From: an uncultured bacterium | Lineage (GTDB): Bacteria; DAOPZR01 | NCBI GenBank assembly: GCA_964637655.1 | Contig: CAZWUZ010000010.1 | Location: 1-33,158 of the forward strand | Length of the DNA stretch: 33,158 nucleotides | Direction of reading: 5' to 3' | In this document: positions 27,180 through 33,158 of the stretch, in pieces | Layout: every line of letters begins with the position of its first letter | Numbering within the stretch: the first letter of the stretch is position 1 | The notes under the pieces: model-generated | Seen by the model: only the letters and a program-made list of their open reading frames with translations | The model's database searches: none | Told to the model about the DNA's origin: nothing | Program-made: the position numbers and the translations under genes

Positions 27180-27243
27180 AGCATAGCATTGCCGTCCGTC
27201 GCTGTCAAAGCGTCTTGACAACCGGCGGGGAAAGTAGTAGGTT
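27180..27243. promoter_or_regulatory. Back-to-back divergent sigma70 promoters (repeat-protein gene and gcv operon)
   Basis: Minus: TTGACA (27208-27203), 17 bp, TGn-TATGCT (27185-27180). Plus: TTGACA (27215-27220), 17 bp, TAGGTT (27238-27243). Confidence 0.7.
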
Positions 27244-27261
27244 GCGGCGACGGGGGAGACC

Positions 27262-28338
27262 ATGCTGCGTACACCGCTGTTCGAGCGTCATCGGCAGGCA
27301 CAGGCCCTGCTCGCGGAGTTCGGCGGGTGGGAAATGCCCATCCACTACGGCAGCATTCTGGCCGAACACAAACAGTGCCGCACGCAGGCGGCGCTGTTCG
27401 ACATCTGCCACATGGGGGAATTCCTTTTCACCGGGGAGATCGCCGCCAGCGGCCTCGAGGAGGCGCTGACGCTGCCGCTGCAGAAGATTCCGGTCGGGCG
27501 CAGCAAGTACGGGTTCCTGCTCAACGAGCGTGGCGGGGTCATCGATGACCTGATCGTCTTCCGTCTTGCCGGGGACCGCCTGTTCATCGTCGTCAATGCG
27601 GCCACCGCGGCCAATGACTTCGGCGTGCTGCAGTCGCGCTGCCGGGGCGGGGAACTGCGCGACGTTTCGGCCGTGACGGGAAAAATCGACCTGCAGGGCC
27701 CGCTGGCGCGCGAGGTGCTGCGCGCACATCTCGGACCGGAACTCGACGCGCTGAAGTATTTCCAGTTCCGCCATTTTTCGCTGCTCGGCGAACAGGTACT
27801 GGTCAGCCGCACCGGCTATACCGGTGAACTCGGGTACGAACTGTTCATCGACAGCGCGAAGGTGAGTGACCTGTGGGACCTGCTGCTCACTGATGCGCGG
27901 GTCAAACCGGCCGGCCTGGGGGCGCGTGACATCCTGCGCCTCGAAATGGGCTATTCGCTCTACGGGCATGAACTAGACGGGACCATCACCCCGCTGGAAG
28001 CGGGGCTGGATGTGTTTGTTGATTTCAGCAAGGAGTTTACCGGCAAGGCGGTACTGCTGGAACAGAAACTGCACGGGTTTGCCCGCTGCAAGGCGGCGTT
28101 TGTTTCGGCCAGCCGGCGCCCGCCGCGCGCGGGCCAGAAACTCTTTGTCGACGGGACCGAAGCCGGCACGGTCACCAGCGGCAGTTTCTCGCCGATGCTG
28201 AACTGCGGCATCGGGCTGGGACTGGTACGCGCGGAATGCGCGCAGACCGGACAGATATTGTACCTTGACAAACCGGGTGGTGACACGCTGACGGTCACGG
28301 AACTGCCGTTCTACAGGGGCGGCTCGGTACGAAACTGA
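27262..28338 (+). CDS. gcvT: Glycine cleavage system aminomethyltransferase T
   Basis: RTPL, FGGWEMPIHY, LFDICHMGE, GGVIDDL, VNAA, LQGP, SRTGYTGELGYE, GLGARDILRLEMG, VTSGSFSPML. Confidence 0.97.
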   Translation: MLRTPLFERHRQAQALLAEFGGWEMPIHYGSILAEHKQCRTQAALFDICHMGEFLFTGEIAASGLEEALTLPLQKIPVGRSKYGFLLNERGGVIDDLIVFRLAGDRLFIVVNAATAANDFGVLQSRCRGGELRDVSAVTGKIDLQGPLAREVLRAHLGPELDALKYFQFRHFSLLGEQVLVSRTGYTGELGYELFIDSAKVSDLWDLLLTDARVKPAGLGARDILRLEMGYSLYGHELDGTITPLEAGLDVFVDFSKEFTGKAVLLEQKLHGFARCKAAFVSASRRPPRAGQKLFVDGTEAGTVTSGSFSPMLNCGIGLGLVRAECAQTGQILYLDKPGGDTLTVTELPFYRGGSVRN

Positions 28339-28353
28339 GCGGAGGAAAAGATA

Positions 28354-28728
28354 ATGACGACATACTATTCGAAGGACCATGAATGGATCACGGTCAACGG
28401 CAGCGAGGGGGTCATGGGCATTACCGCCTACGCGGCACAGCAGCTGGGTGACGTGGTCTATGTCGACCTGCCGGAGGCGGGCAAAGAGGCGAAGCAGCAC
28501 ACGGTGCTCTGCGCCATCGAGTCGGTCAAGGCGGCGAGTGACATCTACGCGCCGCTGTCGGGGACAGTGACCGCGGTCAACGACAAGCTGAGCAGCAATC
28601 CCGAACTGGTCAATCAGAGCGCGGAGCAGGACGCGTGGATCGCCAGACTGCAGCTGGCGGACCCTGCCGAGGTGAGTGCGCTGATGGATCGCGTTGCGTA
28701 TGACGCGTATGTCGGCGGACTGAAATAG
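28354..28728 (+). CDS. gcvH: Glycine cleavage system H protein
   Basis: YSKDHEW, GITAYAAQQLGDVVYV, lipoyl-lysine motif IESVKAASD. Confidence 0.97.
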   Translation: MTTYYSKDHEWITVNGSEGVMGITAYAAQQLGDVVYVDLPEAGKEAKQHTVLCAIESVKAASDIYAPLSGTVTAVNDKLSSNPELVNQSAEQDAWIARLQLADPAEVSALMDRVAYDAYVGGLK

Positions 28729-30065
28729 TGAATTTCACGCCGCACCCTCCTGACGAAGTGCGGGAGATGCTGCAGGTCTGCGGCGTGTCGGCTGTCGAGG
28801 AACTGTTCAAGGACATTCCTGCGGCATTGCGGGCGAAATCGTTCGACCTGCCGGCCGGGCGGAGTGAGATGCGGGTCGCCCGGGAAGCGAGTACCTGGGT
28901 GCCGGCAGACGAGGACATCACCGCCTCATTCCTTGGCGGCGGTTATTACAATCATTTCATCCCCGCTGCGGTGGAGGCGCTGGCCAATCGCAGTGAATTC
29001 GTTACCGCCTACACGCCCTATCAGCCGGAATGCGCACAGGGGACGCTGCAGTCACTGTTCGAGTACCAGACCGCCATCTGCCGCCTGACGGGGATGGACG
29101 CCGCCAACGCCTCACTCTATGACGGCGGCAGCGCGCTGGCGGAAGCGGGCATGATGGCGCTGCGCATAACAAAACGCAACAAGGTGATCATCACCGGTGA
29201 CGTCAATCCGCTTTACCGCCGCATCCTTGACACCTATTTCGCGACACTCGGGAGCGAAGTCGTGACCATACCGGCGAAAAACTATGCGCCGGACATGGAC
29301 GCGCTTACCGCCGCCATCGATGATCAGACCGCGGCCGTGCTGGTGCAGAACCCCGACTTTTACGGTGGCATCCACGACTTTTCCGCACTGGCGGAAGCGG
29401 CGCACAAGGCCGGCGCGCTGCTGGTGATGTCGTGCTACCCGCTCTCGCTGGGCATCCTGAAAACGCCCGCGGAGCATGACGCGGACATCGCGGTTGGCGA
29501 CGGGCAGTCGCTGGGGAACCCGCTCAGTTTCGGCGGCCCCTACCTCGGCTACATCGCTACGCGCAAGCAGTACATCCGGCAGCTGCCCGGGCGCATCATC
29601 GGCGAGACGGTGGATACGCAGGGACGGCGCGGCTTTGTGCTGACGCTGCAGGCGCGCGAACAGCATATCCGCCGTGAGAAGGCGACAAGCAACATCTGCT
29701 CCAACCAGTCACTGTGTGCGCTGCGCGCGGTCATCTACCTGTCGCTGCTGGGCAAACAGGGACTGGTCGAACTGGCGGAGCGCCTCTACCGCACGACTGA
29801 GTATGCCCGGAAGAAATTTGCCGCGGCTGGTTTTACGCTGCCGCAGGCCGGGCCGGTATTCAATGAATTTGTGGTGACGCTGCCGGAATCCGCCGATTAT
29901 GCAGTCGAGCGGGTGAGAGAGTGCGGCGTTGTTCCCGGATTGCCGCTGGCAAGCATCAGCGCCGGCGGAGCGGAAGACCTGCTGGTCAGCTTCACTGAGC
30001 AGCACACGGTCAACGATGTCAACATTCTCGCCGACTGGCTGCGGCCTGACGAGGCACGGCTATGA
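28728..30065 (+). CDS. gcvPA: Glycine dehydrogenase (decarboxylating) subunit 1
   Basis: FLGGGYY, EFVTAYTPYQPE, ANASLYDG, FGGP, PGRIIGET, LTLQAREQHIRREKATSNICSNQ; GTG start overlapping the gcvH stop. Confidence 0.97.
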   Translation: MNFTPHPPDEVREMLQVCGVSAVEELFKDIPAALRAKSFDLPAGRSEMRVAREASTWVPADEDITASFLGGGYYNHFIPAAVEALANRSEFVTAYTPYQPECAQGTLQSLFEYQTAICRLTGMDAANASLYDGGSALAEAGMMALRITKRNKVIITGDVNPLYRRILDTYFATLGSEVVTIPAKNYAPDMDALTAAIDDQTAAVLVQNPDFYGGIHDFSALAEAAHKAGALLVMSCYPLSLGILKTPAEHDADIAVGDGQSLGNPLSFGGPYLGYIATRKQYIRQLPGRIIGETVDTQGRRGFVLTLQAREQHIRREKATSNICSNQSLCALRAVIYLSLLGKQGLVELAERLYRTTEYARKKFAAAGFTLPQAGPVFNEFVVTLPESADYAVERVRECGVVPGLPLASISAGGAEDLLVSFTEQHTVNDVNILADWLRPDEARL

Positions 30066-31510
30066 AACTGCTCTATGAGGTTTCCCGTCCCGGCCGCCGC
30101 GCGGTATCCATCGACCCCGGCGCGTTTCCTGAGGCGCTACCGCTGCCGGCGCATCTGCGCCGCGCGCAGCCCGCGGCGCTCCCCGAAGTGAGCGAACTCG
30201 ACGTCGTGCGGCATTTCACGCAACTGTCGCTGCGCAACTATTCCGTCGACGCGAATTTTTACCCGCTTGGCTCCTGCACGATGAAGTATAATCCGAAGGC
30301 GACCGACGCCATGGCGTCGCAGCCGGGACTGCTGCACGCGCACCCGCTGCAGACGTTCCTCCCGGCGGCGGAAAGCATCTGCCGCGGTCCGCTGGAACTT
30401 GTCGCGCACCTGCAGGAACTGCTGGCGGAGATCACCGGCATGGCGGCGTTCACCACGCAGCCGCTGGCGGGCGCGCACGGCGAACTTGCCGGCATCATGC
30501 TTATCGCCGCGTACCATCGCGCGCAGGGGAAGCAGAAGAAGTACGTTATCGTTCCCGACTCGTCGCATGGCACCAACCCTGCCAGCGCGGCGATGGCGGG
30601 CTACGAGATCATCACCATCCCGACCGCGGCCGACGGCTTCATGGACATGGCGCGCTACCGGGAGAAACTGACGGACGAGGTCGCGGCGGTGATGATGACC
30701 TCACCCGACACGCTCGGCCTCTTCAACCCGCACATCAGGGAGATCTCCGACCTCGCGCATGCCGCGGGAGCGCTGATGTACTACGACGGGGCGAATCTCA
30801 ACGCCATTCTCGGCAAGGTGCGGCCCGGCGACGTCGGGTTCGACGTGGTGCACATCAACCTGCACAAGACCTTTGCCACCCCGCACGGCGGTGGCGGACC
30901 CGGGGCGGGCCCGGTCGGGGTGGTGGAGAAACTTATCCCGTACCTGCCGCTGCCGCGGGTGATGCGTGCCGGTGACGCCCTCGAGGTCGTCAACGACGCG
31001 CCGGAGAGCATCGGTGCGGTGTCGCCCTTTTTCGGCAATTTCGGTGTCCTCGTGCGCGCCTATGCCTACATCCTTATGCTCGGCAAGGAAGGCCTTATCG
31101 ACGCGACGGAAACGGCGGTGCTCAACGCCAACTATATACGGCAGAAACTGAAGGATGTCTACCACCTGCCGTATGACCGCACCTGCATGCATGAGTGTGT
31201 TTTCTCGGCGAAGAAGCAGATGGCACACGGGGTGCACGCCATCGATATTGCCAAGTACCTGATCGACCGCGGCTACCATCCCCCCACGGTTTACTTCCCG
31301 CTCATCGTGCCCGAGGCGATCATGATCGAGCCGACGGAAACCGAGAGCAGGGAAACCCTGGACGATTTTATCGCGGCCATGCGCGAAGCGGCCGCGATGG
31401 CCGCCAGCGATCCGGACGCCCTGCATCACGCGCCGGTGACGCGCTGTGTCACCCGTCTCGATGAGACCAAAGCGGCGCGCGAACTGCGCGTCATTCACCC
31501 GGAACAGTAG
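30062..31510 (+). CDS. gcvPB: Glycine dehydrogenase (decarboxylating) subunit 2
   Basis: YPLGSCTMKYNP, AGAHGE, HGTNPASA, YYDGANLNA, PLP motif HINLHKTFATPHGGGGPG, HPPTVYFP, EPTETES. Confidence 0.97.
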   Translation: MKLLYEVSRPGRRAVSIDPGAFPEALPLPAHLRRAQPAALPEVSELDVVRHFTQLSLRNYSVDANFYPLGSCTMKYNPKATDAMASQPGLLHAHPLQTFLPAAESICRGPLELVAHLQELLAEITGMAAFTTQPLAGAHGELAGIMLIAAYHRAQGKQKKYVIVPDSSHGTNPASAAMAGYEIITIPTAADGFMDMARYREKLTDEVAAVMMTSPDTLGLFNPHIREISDLAHAAGALMYYDGANLNAILGKVRPGDVGFDVVHINLHKTFATPHGGGGPGAGPVGVVEKLIPYLPLPRVMRAGDALEVVNDAPESIGAVSPFFGNFGVLVRAYAYILMLGKEGLIDATETAVLNANYIRQKLKDVYHLPYDRTCMHECVFSAKKQMAHGVHAIDIAKYLIDRGYHPPTVYFPLIVPEAIMIEPTETESRETLDDFIAAMREAAAMAASDPDALHHAPVTRCVTRLDETKAARELRVIHPEQ

Positions 31511-31514
31511 ACCG

Positions 31515-32339
31515 ATGTCCTTTTCCTTCTGTCCGGACGGCTCTCCGTGCGACGCTGCGCCGCGCCTGTGGCCGCACGTACCGCGCGGCCTGACGCTGCT
31601 GCTCGTTGCCGTCATCACCGGCGGCTTGTGGCTGGATGCGGCCTTCGGGCGCGCGGGACAGTACCTTACCGATGCCGGAGTCATCGCCCTGTTTATCTGG
31701 CTCTGTCGGCGCGGCGGCGCGGCGGAGCGCCGCGTGCTGCTCTTCTGTCTTGTCATTTCCGCCCTCGGTGAAGTCGCGTTGTCACTTGGGTGGGGCCTGT
31801 ATGATTACCAGTTCGGCAATGTGCCGCTCTATGTCCCGCCCGGCCATGCGCTGCTGATGACGCTCGGCCTGCTGGTGNNNNNNNNNNGTCGCGCGGTCGT
31901 TGTAGAGGGCCGCCACCAGGGCGGAGCCGCCGGCGGCATCGCCTTCGGCCTGCTGGTGGCGCCCTGCCTGACCCCGCGCCTGGTGCTGGCCATCGCCGGC
32001 GCCGGCGCGGCCTGGGCGCTGCACGTCGGGCTGCAGGCCGGCGACGAGTTCGGGGCGCTGCTCATGGTGCTCTTTGCCCTGTGCCTGCTGTTCGGGCGCA
32101 ACCGGCAGCTGTACGCGGCGATGTTCGTGCTGGCGCTGGCAATGGAACTGTACGGCACCGCGCTGGGCACCTGGACGTGGCGCGCGCTGGTGCCGGGGAT
32201 GCAACTGACGCAGGCCAACCCGCCGTTCGCGGCAGGGGCGTTCTACTGCCTGCTTGACCTGCTGGTGCTGGCGGCGTTGCGCCGTCGTGCCGGCCTGCTG
32301 GTACCAGCACCGGTCACGGTGCGCACGGACGAGGGATGA
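31515..32339 (+). CDS. Polytopic membrane protein of unknown function (spans assembly gap)
   Basis: ATG 4 bp after the gcvPB stop; 6-7 hydrophobic segments; two similar halves (GEVALSLGWGLYDY..GNVPLYVPPGH and MELYGTALGTWTW...ANPP). Confidence 0.7.
   Translation: MSFSFCPDGSPCDAAPRLWPHVPRGLTLLLVAVITGGLWLDAAFGRAGQYLTDAGVIALFIWLCRRGGAAERRVLLFCLVISALGEVALSLGWGLYDYQFGNVPLYVPPGHALLMTLGLLVXXXXRAVVVEGRHQGGAAGGIAFGLLVAPCLTPRLVLAIAGAGAAWALHVGLQAGDEFGALLMVLFALCLLFGRNRQLYAAMFVLALAMELYGTALGTWTWRALVPGMQLTQANPPFAAGAFYCLLDLLVLAALRRRAGLLVPAPVTVRTDEG
31878..31887. other. Scaffold gap (10 N)
   Basis: Run of ten N characters. Confidence 0.99.
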
Positions 32340-32340
32340 C

Positions 32341-33006
32341 ATGCAACTGACGCTGCGGGAAGTGGCGGAACTGCTGGAACTGACGGAAGACGATATCATC
32401 GACCTGATGCGGCGTGACGGGCTGCCGGTGAGCCGCGTCAGCGAACATTACCGGGTCGACCATGCGGCGCTGCTCGAATGGGCGACGGCGCGCGGGCGAA
32501 CGCTGCCGGAACACCTGTTTCCGGCACCGGCCGCAACGCACCCGGCGCTGGCTGACTGCCTGCGTGCGGGCGGCATTCACCGCGAGCTTGCCGGCAGCGA
32601 CCGGGCGTCCGTGCTGCGGGCGGTGACGGAAGTGCTGACGCTGCCGCCGGACGTCGACCGCGCCTACCTGCTCAGCATGCTGCTGGCGCGCGAGGAACTC
32701 GCCTCGACGGGCATCGGCGACGGCATCGCCATTCCCCATGTGCGCGGCCCGCTCATTCTCCCGGTCTCCTCGCCGCTGGTGGCGCTCTGCCGGCTGCAGC
32801 AGCCGGTCGAGTTCGGCGCGGTCGACGGCAAACCGGTGCACACGCTTTTCACGCTGATCTGTCCGACGGTGCGGGTGCATCTGCACCTGCTGTCGCGGCT
32901 CGCCTACGTGCTCAAGGATGGCGGGGTGCGTGCCGCGCTGGGCGGACGCAGCGACGGCGCGGTCTTTGCCGCGGTGGCGGCGGCGGAACAGGGACTGCAC
33001 GCGTGA
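32341..33006 (+). CDS. PTS EIIA (fructose/Ntr type) domain protein with N-terminal excisionase-like HTH
   Basis: MQLTLREVAELL...GLPVSRVSEHYRVDHAALLEWA (HTH_17-like), then LLAREELASTGIGDGIAIPH (phospho-His), PVEFGAVDGKPV, HLHLLSRLA; GAGGG SD. Confidence 0.9.
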   Translation: MQLTLREVAELLELTEDDIIDLMRRDGLPVSRVSEHYRVDHAALLEWATARGRTLPEHLFPAPAATHPALADCLRAGGIHRELAGSDRASVLRAVTEVLTLPPDVDRAYLLSMLLAREELASTGIGDGIAIPHVRGPLILPVSSPLVALCRLQQPVEFGAVDGKPVHTLFTLICPTVRVHLHLLSRLAYVLKDGGVRAALGGRSDGAVFAAVAAAEQGLHA

Positions 33007-33158
33007 CCATCCTGCTGTGCGCGCTGCTGCTGCTGGTGACGGGCGGCGTGTTTGCCCTGCTCGCCGGGCGGCAGAGCCGCGCGGCGACCGTGTGCGGCGC
33101 GGGCGGTGCGGTGGCCGGCTGCGCGCTCGGTCTCGTGCCGGCGCTGCGCGTACTGGGC
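33003..33158 (+). CDS. N-terminus of a membrane protein, probably a HyfB-like antiporter subunit of a hydrogenase-4/Ehr complex (3' end outside window)
   Basis: GTGA overlap with the PTS IIA stop; open to window end: MTILLCALLLLVTGGVFALLAGRQSRAATVCGAGGAVAGCALGLVPALRVLG. Identity inferred from the two-TM pattern and recalled PTS IIA-hyfB gene context; only 52 codons visible. Confidence 0.55.
   Translation, partial: MTILLCALLLLVTGGVFALLAGRQSRAATVCGAGGAVAGCALGLVPALRVLG

Noticed and set aside
27221..27261. Glycine riboswitch upstream of gcvT
   Set aside because: The predicted 5' UTR is under 20 nt and the whole intergenic region is 120 bp filled by two promoters.
32341..32500. Excisionase-like HTH as evidence of a prophage or integrative element
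   Set aside because: It is fused to a PTS IIA domain, a known regulator architecture; no integrase or att-like site nearby.

Overview
High-GC bacterial chromosomal segment, probably a scaffolded genome or MAG (one 10-N gap). The gene set suggests an anaerobe, but the taxon cannot be fixed from the sequence alone. Left to right: 3' part of hrpB coupled to thiM; yifB/comM; a YtrA-type GntR + ABC ATPase + unusually long, lower-GC permease (- strand) with a visible promoter and operator; a small membrane protein and a secreted FGE/SUMF1-fold protein; a minus-strand operon paaK-ACT-paaK-ACT-(CxxCxxCC/FliB-like Fe-S protein) whose last gene appears to start at a CTG codon missed by the ORF track; a divergent, probably leaderless radical SAM gene; a ~12 kb operon thrS-wecA/tagO-TPR lipoprotein-ftsY-ribD-ribE-ribBA-ribH-nusB-TPR-lipoprotein ending at a strong hairpin; a two-gene unit (secreted 18-aa-repeat protein + small acidic lipoprotein); and gcvT-gcvH-gcvPA-gcvPB running into a membrane protein (with a likely chimeric scaffold join), an HTH-PTS IIA protein and the start of a HyfB-like membrane subunit. 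No rRNA, tRNA, CRISPR array, transposase, integrase or riboswitch was recognised. Most content is housekeeping. The most interesting items are the CTG-initiated Fe-S gene at the end of the duplicated aryl-CoA ligase operon, the permease fusion, the repeat-protein/lipoprotein pair and the gcv-PTS-Hyf linkage. All family calls are from motif recognition by eye, not database searches.
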